This document shows, piece by piece, positions 53,140 to 64,000 of a DNA stretch of 64,000 nt (positions are counted from its first letter, which is position 1; every line of letters begins with the position of its first letter). The stretch spans positions 248,001-312,000 of the forward strand of contig VJWM01000144.1 of assembly GCA_010909165.1 (NCBI GenBank). Direction: 5' to 3'. The translations under genes and the position numbers were made by a program. Below the pieces are notes generated by a model that saw only the letters and a program-made list of their open reading frames with translations, did not search any database and had not been told where the DNA came from. Source of the DNA: Anthoceros angustus (Eukaryota; Plantae; Anthocerotophyta).

Positions 53140-54900
53140 GAGAAATAGTACCTTTCTTAACTATCTTTCGTATTTCGAGGAATGGTATTTCAATCTCTGG
53201 TCTCGCTACATATCCTGGATCCCCATGGGTGGGAACATTATTGTTTAACCACCAATTATTGTTTAACCGCCAATTATTGCTTTGTACCCCGTGGTCACTC
53301 TTTGTAAACACGTTTTCACACACATCGCCAGTAAGGTCTTTTCATATGAAAACAAAAATGTTTCTTACCTTCTTCGATATCGACCATTTCGCCGTTGCTT
53401 TCGCTGATTGATACCATCCCGAACAAAAGGAAAATGTGATTAGTCGAATGTGAGTTGCGCTTGCCGCCACGAGAAGACGCAGCGCATGCCGATGCCCCGG
53501 TCAGAGTGCGCATGCCGATGCTCGCTTAATACACCGCATGTTGCGGCATGCGATGCATGCCGCCGCATCCAACGTGCGCATGCCGATGCATGCCGCCACT
53601 TAACCCGCATGTTGCGGCATGCGATGCCGATGCTCGGCATGACGCCATCGTTCGACTCGACACGTTGTTGACTCGACACGCTGTCGACCGGCACGCTTCT
53701 CTAACTGAGAACACTGATGTAAAAAAGATGTTCCCAAATGAGAAATAGTACCTTTCTCAACTATCTTTCGTATTTTGAGGAGTGGTATTTCAACCTCGGT
53801 CTCGCGGCATATCCCGGATCCCCATGGTTGGGAACATTATTGTTTAACCGCCAATTATTATTGTTTTCGCTTTGTACTCGTGGTCACTCTTTGTAAACAC
53901 GTTTTCACACACATCGCCAGCGAAGGTCTTTTCATATGAAAACAAAAATGTTTCTTACCTTCTTCGATATCGACCATTTCGCCGTTGCTTTCGCTGATTG
54001 ATACCATCCCGAACAAAAGGAAAATGTGATTAGTCGAATGTGAGTTGCGCTTGCCGCCACGAGAAGACGCAGCGCATGCCGATGCCCCGGTCAGAGTGCG
54101 CATGCCGATGCTCGCTTAATACACCGCATGTTGCGGCATGCGATGCATGCCGCCGCATCCAACGTGCGCATGCCGATGCATGCCGCCACTTAACCCCGCA
54201 TGTTGCGGCATGCGATGCCGATGCATGCCTCGGCATGACGCCATCGTTCGACTCGACACGTTGTTGACTCGACACGCTGTCGACCGGCACGCTTCTCTAA
54301 CTTTTGAGAACACTGATGTAAAAAAGATGTTCCCAAATGAGAAATAGTACCTTTCTCAACTATCTTTCGTATTTTGAGGAGTGGTATTTCAACCTCGGTC
54401 TCGCGGCATATCCCGGATCCCCATGGTTGGGAACATTATTGTTTAACCGCCAATTATTATTGTTTTCGCTTTGTACTCCCCGTGGTCACTCTTTGTAAAC
54501 ACGTTTTCACACACATCGCCAGCGAAGGTCTTTTCATATGAAAACAAAAATGTTTCTTACCTTCTTCGATATCGACCATTTCGCCGTTGCTTTCGCTGAT
54601 TGATACCATCCCGAACAAAAGGAAAATGTGATTAGTCGAATGTGAGTTGCGCTTGCCGCCACGAGAAGACGCAGCGCATGCCGATGCATGCCGATGCATG
54701 CCGATGCATGCCGATGCATGCCGATGCATGCCGATGCATGCCGCCGCATGCCGATGCATGCCGCATCCAACGCAAACGCGGCATGCCGATGCATGCCGCC
54801 ACTTAACCCCGCATGTTGCGGCATGCGATGCCGATGCATGCCTCGCATGACGCCATCGTTCGACTCGACACGTTGTTGACTCGACACGTTCGACTCGACC
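53140..54900. repeat. Three tandem ~600-bp units containing GCATGCCGAT decamer arrays
   Basis: Unit marker AAATGAGAAATAGTACCTTTC at ~53136, ~53736 and ~54335; the decamer is expanded at ~54676-54760. Confidence 0.9.
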
Positions 54901-55844
54901 GTTCGACTCTAACTAAATTAAAAACTTTGGGACCGAAGTGATCTAGAGCATTTGATCAAGTACTACACTTACCTTGAAGACAAATTGAACATGGAAGTGT
55001 TGATATAATCAGACGCCGACGCATCAACCGTTAAACGGTCGCCTCCTAGAAAAGGTGAGCATAAGTCTATGTGTTAGAAGACTTGAAGATGGAAAGACTA
55101 GATACTACACAAACCGAGCGTCGACGTAAAATGCATGCAGAGTGCAAGACACACAACCCGAACACATGCGACCTACTTGACACGAACGATGATGGACAGC
55201 AAGAGACAGACATGAGACGATTCCAAGCAGCATGACTGCGAGGGACATTGTGCAAGAAAGCGCATGAAACTCGACATGAGACGTAGCCTAGACGGACCGC
55301 AAAATCGGTGTGCAAGAACGCGACATAAGCAACAAAGCGGGGTTGTAGAGATGGAACTGCACGAGAGTTATGTGTCTTGGCGGATGTACGAGAGCAAGAA
55401 GGAAACTTACGCTATAGGAACTTACGCGCAGTGGGGTGCCTTCTAGCTTCTCTTTGCTAAATCTGCGTTGAAAACATCAGCAACATGAGTCCGAAACGCA
55501 CAAATGTTAACAGTACGGTGATGATGGAGAAAGATCTTTCTCATTTCAGCCTGCATCAGACGCTTAGAATGATGATAGAGAGGACACACCAAGGGAATCC
55601 TAAACCAGCACCACCAACGTGAAAGCAAGCGGACAAGGGAGCAGGAAACTTACGACATTTCAAAATGGTGGGGTGCCTTGAGTGTCTTTTCGCATAGCTC
55701 AGAAACGCAAGAGACATGAGAGGCATGAGTATGTAAACGAAGAAACACAGTACGCTTAGGATGCAAGACCCACCCAAGAAAAGGACCAAATCTAGATTCG
55801 TGGAGCTTCTAACATACCACCAACCTCAACGATCGATCGGCGCC

Positions 55845-55965
55845 AGCGATGGCGATAAGCGATGGCGATAGCGCAGCTCGGCGCCGAAAGAAGGCGATGG
55901 CGATAGAAGCGATGGCGATAAGCGATGGCGATGGCGCAGCGATGGCGATAGAAGCGATGGCGATC
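55845..55965. repeat. (GCGATG)n-type microsatellite
   Basis: Imperfect GCGATG/GCGATA hexamer run. Confidence 0.85.
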
Positions 55966-56169
55966 ACGCCAAAGACCGGCAGATGGTGATGGCAATCGCG
56001 CAACTCGGCGCCGAAGGAAGGCGGTCGAGCAGCTCGGCCGACGGATGGTGGGCGATGAGGGCGCAAAAGCGAAGGAGGAGACACTGGGAAAGAAGTCATG
56101 GGAGAGAGACATAAGTAAGAGAAGGTAGATTGTTCGAGAGGCTTCCCGCGATGTGCCCGTGTGTCAACT

Positions 56170-56390
56170 GTGATTGGTTGCTCGCTCGGGTCACGCCACT
56201 GCTGGTGGTTAGTTAGTTAGGTTAGGTGCATTCAAATTAGGTTTGGGTGTGGCGGCACGCACCAATCGCGATGGGAGGTAGGTTCATTAATTGGCCTCGG
56301 ACCGTAGGTTTGGTAAATTTGAAGTAGGTCCGGTAGAGAGAGGCGCTACCGGCGGAGAGAGGTTAGGGTTTCATAGGCTATAAAATCCGC
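56170..56390. promoter_or_regulatory. Promoter-like segment (CCAAT boxes, telo-box, TATA); second copy at ~57340-57560
   Basis: ATTGG at 56173, CCAAT at 56262, TAGGGTTT at 56364, TATAAAA at 56379; pyrimidine-rich leaders on both sides. Confidence 0.5.
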
Positions 56391-57082
56391 CTTTTCAACT
56401 CACACCGCCTTTCTCCCTTTCGCTTTTGCTGCTTTGTGCAAGGTCCATTTGCGCTTGCTTTGAGGTTTCTTTCTCCGCCGGTCGATCATTTTTGCTTAGG
56501 CGATCGCTCGGCCAGCGATCGTTTGTGTTTAGGGCGCTTGAGCTTGAGGCTGGTTTGCATCCGGTCTCGATCTACCTTTGCCGCTTTTGTTTCGTGTTGC
56601 CGCTTTTGTTTTGTGTTGTTTCGTGTTGCCGCTTTTGATGTTTTGGTCTTGTCCTCGCTTCTTGCCACATCCGTGTGTTCTTTCGAGTCTTCTGCTTGCT
56701 TTGCTCGCACTTGGAGGCCTTGTCTTTCTTTGTCATGTACGCTGCAAGGTCCCGCATGGAGTTACTCTTGTGGTTGACCGAAAGCTTTTCGTGCCTAGAA
56801 CTCAAAGCCCGCCGCTTAGCGCAGCGGCCTTTGATGCCGTAGTGTCCGCTTAACCTTTGATCCTCGCAACGCCTAATCTTGGTGTGTGCTTGCTCTTGTG
56901 ATTTGAGTTTCTCGTTTTGTTGGTTGTCGTCCCATATGCCGGTACTATGAACCTATCGCTTATCACCGCTTTTGCGTGTCAAGACCCACCCAAGAAAAGG
57001 ACCAAATCTAGATTCGTGGAGCTTCTAACATACCACCAACCTCAACGATCGATCGGCTCGCGATAGGCCGCAGCGCCGAAGA

Positions 57083-57182
57083 AGGCGATGGCGATAGAAG
57101 CGATGGCGATGGCGATGGCGATGGCGATGGCGATAGAAGCGATGGCGATGGCGATGGCGATGGCGATGGCGATGGCGATGGC
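57083..57182. repeat. (GCGATG)n microsatellite, second copy
   Basis: Near-perfect run of about 15 hexamers. Confidence 0.9.
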
Positions 57183-60100
57183 GCGCAACTCGGCGCGAAG
57201 GAAGGCGGTCGAGCGGCCGACGGATGGTGGGCGAGAGGCGAAAAAGCGAAGGAGGAGACACTGGGAAAGAAGTCAGCGGGAGAGAGACATAAGTAAGAGA
57301 AGGTAGATTGTTCGAGAGGCTTCCGCGATGTGCTGTGTCAACTGTGATTGGTTGCTCGCTCGGGTCACGCCCGCTGGTGGTTCGTAGTTAGGTTAGGTGC
57401 ATTCAAATTAGGTTTGGGTGTGGCGGCGGCACGCACCAATCGCGATGGGAGGTAGGTTCATTAATTGGCCTCGGACCGTAGGTTTGGTAAATTTGAAGTA
57501 GGTCCGGTAGAGAGGTGCCACCGATGGAGAGAGGTTAGGGTTTCATAGGCTATAAAATCCTTTTCAACTCACACCGCCTTTCTCCCTTTCGCTTTGCTCT
57601 GCTTTTGCAAGGTCCATTTGCGCTTTTGCGCTTTTGAGGTTTCTTTCTCCGCGGTCGCGATCATTTTTGCTTAGGCGATCGCTCGAGCGATCGTTTGTGT
57701 TTAGGGCGCTTGAGCTTGAGGCTGGTTTGCATCCGGTCTCGATCTACCTTTGCCGCTGGTTGCCGCTTTTGTTTTGTGTTGTTTCGTGTTGCCGCTTTTG
57801 ATGTTTTGGTCTTGTCCTCGTTCTTGCCACATCCGTGTGTTCTTTCTGAGTCTTCTGCTTGCTTTGCTCGCACTTGGAGGCCTTGTCTTTCTTTGTCATG
57901 TACGCTGCAAGGTCCCGCATGGAGTTACTCTTGTGGTTGACCGAAAGCTTTTCGTGCCTAGAACTCAAAGCCCGCCGCTTCTAGCGCAAAGGCGCCTTTG
58001 ATGCCGCATGTCCGCTTTTCTTAACCTTTGATCCCGCAACGCCTAATCTTGGTGTGTGCTTGCTCTTGTGATTTGAGTTTCTCGTTTTGTTGGTTGTCGT
58101 CCCATATGCCGGTACTATGAACCTATCGCTTATCACTGCGGTGTCAAGATCGAAATCACATCTTGGACCACCTTTACTACTGATATTAATGTGAGGTTCC
58201 CGCAAATTGTCTGGTTTGTGTATGTGTTGTTCCGCCGTCTGCTTTTGCTTTGTGTGTCGTGCAATCATTTGTGTTCGAGCGCGTGTGTGAAGTGGTGTTC
58301 GCGTTGTTCTTCTTTCCTCCGTTATTGTGTTTTGTCACTTTCGTGTTTTGTTCTTGTCCTTGTTCTTGTATATCTGCGTGCTTTAATGTGTTCTTCTTTG
58401 TTTCACGCACGCAACGGCCTTTTATTTTATATCTACGTAAGTCCTCGCACGCAGCTACTTTGTCTGTGTCTTGAACGTGGCTACTTTCGTGTCTTGAACG
58501 CTGATTGTTCCTAATGTTTTAAGGCCGCTTAGCGCGGTCTGAGCCCTCACCATTTGTTTTTATGTTCTTTCGATATTTCCGACCTTCATTATAAATGCGT
58601 GTTTTTCTATGTGCTTGAATATGAACCTATGGCTTATATATTGTAATGGTTTCGTTGGAGACAATCGGAAGAAATTGCTACATCTTGGGCCGGAGGTCGC
58701 TTTCACGCTCAGACAGTGAGGTTTCTTGAACTTGGTTAGTATCTATATGTGTGGCATGCTACGCTTATGGTTTAGTTTGAATTGGTTGCTCGCTTGTTGT
58801 TTTGTGCTATCAAGTTGTTGTGCATCCGGTCTCGATCTACCTTTGCCGCTTTTGTTTCGTGTTGCCGCTTTTGTTTTGTGTTGTTTACGTGTTGCCGCTT
58901 TTGATGTTTTGGTCTTGTCCTCGCTCTTGCCACATCCGTGTGTTCTTTTGAGTCTTCTTGCTTTGCTCGCACTTGGAGGCCTTGTCTTTCTTTGTCATGT
59001 ACGCGTAAGGTCCCGCATGGAGTTACTCGCTTGTGGTTGACCGAAAGCTTTTCGTGCCTAGAACTCAAAGCCCGCCGCTTTTGTTTCGTGTTGCCGCTTT
59101 TGATGTCCGCTTTCTTAACCTTTGATCCTCGCAACGCCTAATCTTGGTGTGTGCTTGCTCTTGTGATTTGAGTTTCTCTGTTCTTGTTGGTTGTCGTCCC
59201 ATATGCCGGTACTATGAACCTATCGCTTATCACCGGTTTCGTTGGAGACAATCGGAAGAAATTGCTACATCTTGGACCACACTTTTACGCGATATTAATG
59301 TGAGGTTCCCAAATTGTCTGGTTTGTGTATGTGTTGTTCTGCTTGCTTTGCTTTGTGTGTCGTGCAATCATTTGTGTTCGAGCGCCGTGTGTGAAGGTGT
59401 TCGCGTTGTTCTTCTTTCCTCCTGTTATTGTGTTTTGTCACTTTCGTGTTTTGTTCTTGTCCTTGTTCTTGTATATCTGCGTGCTTTAAGTTCTTCTTTG
59501 TTTCACGCACGCAACGGCCTTTTATTTTATATCTACGTGTAAGTCCTCGCACGCAGCTACTTTGTCTGTCTTGAACGTGGCTACTTTCGTGTCTTGAACG
59601 CTGATTGTTCCTAATGTTTTAAGGCCGCTTTTAGCGCAGGTGCCCTCGAGCCCTCACCATTTGTTTTTATGTTCTTTCGATATTTCCGACCTTCATTATA
59701 AATGCGTGTTTTTCTATGTGCTTGAATATGAACCTATGGCTTATATATTGTAATGGTTTCGTGTTGGAGACAATCGGAAGAAATTGCTACATCTTGGGCC
59801 GGAGGTCTTCCTTACCGTGTGTGTGAGGTTTCTTGAACTTGGTTAGTATCTATATGTGTGGCTCCTATCAATCGTTTGTGTGGCATGCTACGCTTATGGT
59901 TTAGTTTGAATTGGTTGCTCTGTTTGTTGTTGTTTTGTGCTATCAAGTTGTGTGCATGCTACGCTTTATTGTCCGATTTTCTTGTGTCTTTGATTATCTT
60001 TTAAGTGAACGTTGAGTCTTTGTTTATCTGTGTGAGAGTTGCTTAGTGATCTATTGTTATGCGCTTCTGTTCTACGGTTTGGTTTTGGTGTCTTGAATTT

Positions 60101-62197
60101 CCTGTCTTTTCCTTTCTTGGCTGATTTGAAAGCTAATGTTTTCCAGTTTTGTTATTCAAGTATGGTTCCTTCTTGCGATCACTTGCTCTATCTCAAAAGT
60201 TTTGTGTTTTCTTTCAAGTTGCGTCATGCTACAGTTTCTTGTCTTATTTTCTGGTGTCTTTGATACATGTTTAGTCTTTGTTAATCTGTGTGAGAGTTTA
60301 TTTGCGCTCAGACAGTGTGAGGTTTCTTGAACTTGTTTAGTTTATGTATGTGTGCGATTGCTTTTCAATCGTATTGTGTGAGGTTTCTTTGTCTTTAGAT
60401 TTGGTTTGAGTTTGGTTGTTCTGTTTTGAACAGTCTCTCAAAGATAGGGGTTATTCTCCATTAAAGGGGTTTGGGTCCCTAAAGACCAAAAATGACTCAA
60501 AACGGGCCAAAAATGCATCATCTTTAGCAAAACCACTCTTTAGACATGTACCGAAAGACATTGACCATGTTATTTTCTCGTGAATACTTACGCTATGAGG
60601 TTGAAGCCGAAGAAGGTTCATGGATTTCACCTTCACAAGGAAGGGATTTCAAGGATTTTTAATAGGTGCTAGGAATCCTAAACACCTCTTCGCAGCGATA
60701 GTACTTCCTAGCGGGGTGAACAGAGGCAAACCAAACAAAATTAGTCCAAGAGCAAAACCGGACGTCCGGCGCAACCAACACGCAAGTAGCAATTGCAAGA
60801 AGAGAAATCGCGGACGTCCGCGCAATTGTGAGAGAACATTAACCGATAGCTTGATCATGGCCATCTCGAGAGGACCAAACTACGACTCTAAAAGTAGCTG
60901 ACGCCCGGTGCACTTTGAGTACACAACCCCGGATCTCCATTGTTAGAGTGAAAACATAGAAGGAATTGGAACAATGCGCCGGACGTTCGCACATTGGCGC
61001 GAGTCTGCTAAAGCTGCGGACGTCCGGCGCATTTCTGAGACCCCAATCTTGTGGGCGTCCGGCGAGATGGAAATGGTGGAGTGGATGCGGACGTCCGCGC
61101 AGATCTATATTTATTGTTTGTCTTTAAGATATATCCGCCGGATAGGTGCACATAGACTCAATGGCATAAGAACTCCAAGGTTAAGCACCGGTCGGATCAG
61201 GATGGGGTGCTTGACTTTGGTGCTATGAGAATTTGTTATGCACTCTTGGGTCAAATTAGAACTAGGATGGCTTGCTTGTTTTGGCGCTTTGAAAACTTTG
61301 TAACAACTCCATCTTAAGCAACCTAGAGGCGTATCAATACTAGGATGGAGTGTTGATTTTTAGTGGTTTGAAAAATTTGTAAATCATCCGGTATCTAGGC
61401 GTAAAGTCATGAATATTATTTTTGAAAATCATTTGTTGGTTGATGTTATATTCCCACATTCGCTTTGTATACAACATGTAAAACCTTTTGGCCTTACTCT
61501 ATGTGCCCTTCGATGACTTGCTGGATCTCTTTGATTGGTGCGCCAAATGTCCGCTCATTCGAGTTTGATGCACGATAGATGCATAGGCCTTGGTTTCTAG
61601 ATGAGCTACATTTTCCAAAATTCGACATGTATGATGGTGGTTTCTAATGGCCAACCTTTTGAAGACGACAATGTTTCACAATGTTTTGCGAGAAGCAAGA
61701 AAATAAATAGAATAGATGATTTTTCCTTGAGTAATGAAAGCACATCGGATGTAGTCGAACACAAGCATAAGAGAGCATCCGCTGCCACCGCGAGCCCTAG
61801 TGAGAGCCAGTATCAAGAAAGAGGCTGGTCGCCCGAGTGGGGTTTTGACCAAATGGCTGAGTATTTCGGTGAGGCTCAAGGAGGACCTATCTATACCCAC
61901 CGTGACGCCCACTACAGTGGCACTAGGTGTTCGAGACGAACTATAGCCAAGCTTCGCCAGAGATTTTGAATTTAAGATCCGACTTGCTCCATGTGCCACC
62001 CATGGATAGATTAAGGTTGAAAGCGACGGACTTGACAAGAAGAAATGTAAGCTCAAGAGTTTGATCAAGAACGGTTGAGGAGGCCTCACCATCCTTTACC
62101 TTGTCCAATTCTCGGGCCCAATGCGCAGATCTAAGTGCGGCTTATCTCGACACGGAGGCCAGTCGATGGTATGCCTGCCGTCTGGGATTGCTCTGAA

Positions 62198-63535
62198 TCA
62201 CGGGGTTTGAAAAGAGAATTGATGTGAGTGTTGGTGCGGTGGCAAGTGTGCACAAGCAACTTGAACGAAAGTGCTTGCCTACACAAGTATTGACGCAACC
62301 CTCTCCAAACCCGGTGTATTGCACCTCTTTGGAGTATAAGTGCGCCGGACGTTCGGTGCACTCCAGCTCTTTGGAGCATAAGTGCGCCAGTCATCCGCCA
62401 CTTGGTACAAAGGTGTGTCCGGCATTTGTGCGGACGGTGGGCACATTAGGTCTTCCTTGGGCTCGGATGCATGGGCTGTGGGTTCGCAAATCAAGCAGTG
62501 AAATGAGACATGTGCATTTCGGATGGTTAGCCAAAATGGGGTTCGAGACAAACCCTATCTTTGAGAAACACTGCTTTTGGTTGTTCTGTTTTATCAAGTA
62601 GTTTACATGCTTTTTTGAATCTCTTTGAGTGTAGTGTTGTAACTTTGATAATCCTTGTGTCGTTAATGTTAATGCGTCATTCGCATCGCGCTTTTGGATG
62701 TTAAATGATGTGTTATTCATTTGGTGTTTGTCTTCATTTTGTACCTTCGTCTTTTGTACCTATTGTCGCAAGTAGGACCGAGTTGTGTTAGCGACTCCAA
62801 TTTGTTATTGGTCCGGAATGTTTTAAGCCGTGTTTGAAGTTTTTAAGTCTTGCGTTAGTTTTTAAGTTTGCTCAATCAATCACGGGTTTGAAAAGAGAAT
62901 TGATGTGAGTGTTGGTGCGGTGGCAAGTGTGCACAAGCAACTTGAACGAAAGTGCTTGCCTACACAAGTATTGACGCAACCCTCTCCAAACCCGGTGTAT
63001 TGCACCTCTTTGGAGTATAAGTCGGACGTCGGCACTCCAAATTTTGAGCATAAGTGCCACCATCCGCCACTTGGTACAAAAGTGTGTCCGCCATTTGTGC
63101 GGACGGTGGGCACATTAGGTCTTCCTTGGGCTCGGATGCATGGGCTGTGGTTCGCAAATCAAAAAACAGTGAAATGAGACATGTGCATTTCGGATGGTTG
63201 GGGCCAAAATGGGGTTCGAGACAAACCCTATGCGCCGAAACACTGCTTTTGGTTGTTCATGTTTTATCAAGTAGTTTACATGCTTTTTTGAATCTCTTTG
63301 AGTGTAGTGTTGTAACTTTGATAATCCTTGTGTCGTTAATGTTAATGCGTCATTGCATCGCGCTTTTGGATGTTAAATGATGTGTTATTCATTTGGTGTT
63401 TGTCTTCATTTTGTACCTTCGTCTTTTGTACCTATTGTCGCAAGTAGGACCGAGTTGTGTTAGCGACTCCAATTTGTTATTGGTCCGGAATGTTTTAAGC
63501 CGTGTTTGAAGTTTTTAAGTCTTGCGTTAGTTTTT
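62198..63535. repeat. ~680-bp tandem duplication
   Basis: 62198-62870 is repeated at 62878-63535. Confidence 0.9.
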
Positions 63536-64000
63536 AAGTTTGCGTTCAATATGTTATATCGTTGTTCTTTGTCTATGATCCGCTCTCCAGTTCTTGATTC
63601 CCTTCTGCTTTTGTGTATTGCGCTTAGTCCAACTGTAATTGTATTACCTTGGAATCTCAGGCTCAGAAGGCAACGATACCCTATCAACTGGTACGTGCCA
63701 TAACCTAAGTTTGCGCAAGCTCGTTTAAGTATGGGACGTCCTAGTTGCATGATTGAGTTGCTCCTATAATATAATTGTTGTCATCGACTTACATGAAGGT
63801 AGTAATCTAATCCTTTTTTTGTGTGTGTAGGCTTCATTGTTCATCGTGTGAAGGGTTGGCTCGCCAACATTCGATTCGTGCTCGTGAATCAGATAACCAT
63901 TTCTTACTGAATTTGAAGTCACGATTGAATCTCCTAGTATGCGTTGTCTCAGAATGCTTGTGCACCGGGCTAACATTATTTTTGGTTGTTTTGTCTCCAC

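Larger units (their letters stand above)
55770..59950. repeat. Duplicated blocks (55770-56975 ~ 56976-58135; 58135-58800 ~ 59235-59950; partial third copy 58810-59230)
   Basis: Repeated landmarks such as CAAGACCCACCCAAGAAAAGG and GGTCTCGATCTACCTTTGCCGC. Confidence 0.88.

Noticed and set aside
54457-54887. Cys/His/Met-rich 'metallothionein-like' ORFs
   Set aside because: These are translations of the GCATGCCGAT decamer array.
57025-57306. (MA)n and (HR)n repeat proteins
   Set aside because: These are translations of the (GCGATG)n microsatellite.

Overview
Eukaryotic (land-plant) nuclear DNA, mostly nested transposable elements. The host is probably a non-seed plant, inferred from the PLS-class PPR and the VWA gene family. 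From left to right: (1) a large frameshifted gene ending in a Cys/His-rich module plus a VWA domain (~0.44-4.6 kb); (2) a PLS-class PPR gene broken at 6330; (3) Ty1/copia element A (6331-21185, TSD AATGC), whose RT is split by a CACTA element (10567-19741, TSD AAA); (4) a possible Helitron 3' end at 21202 followed by an unknown spliced minus-strand gene; (5) minus-strand Ty1/copia element B (24048-53023, flanked by GGATGT) interrupting that gene; (6) an Athila-like Ty3/gypsy element (24801-42685, TSD CATAT) nested in copia B, whose ~4.3-kb LTRs each carry a long ORF in U3; (7) tandem-repeat and microsatellite-rich DNA of unclear identity (53-64 kb). Indels break almost every ORF, and many local duplications are bounded by microhomology. 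Some duplications and frameshifts may therefore be long-read assembly artefacts. No rRNA, tRNA or CRISPR features were recognised.
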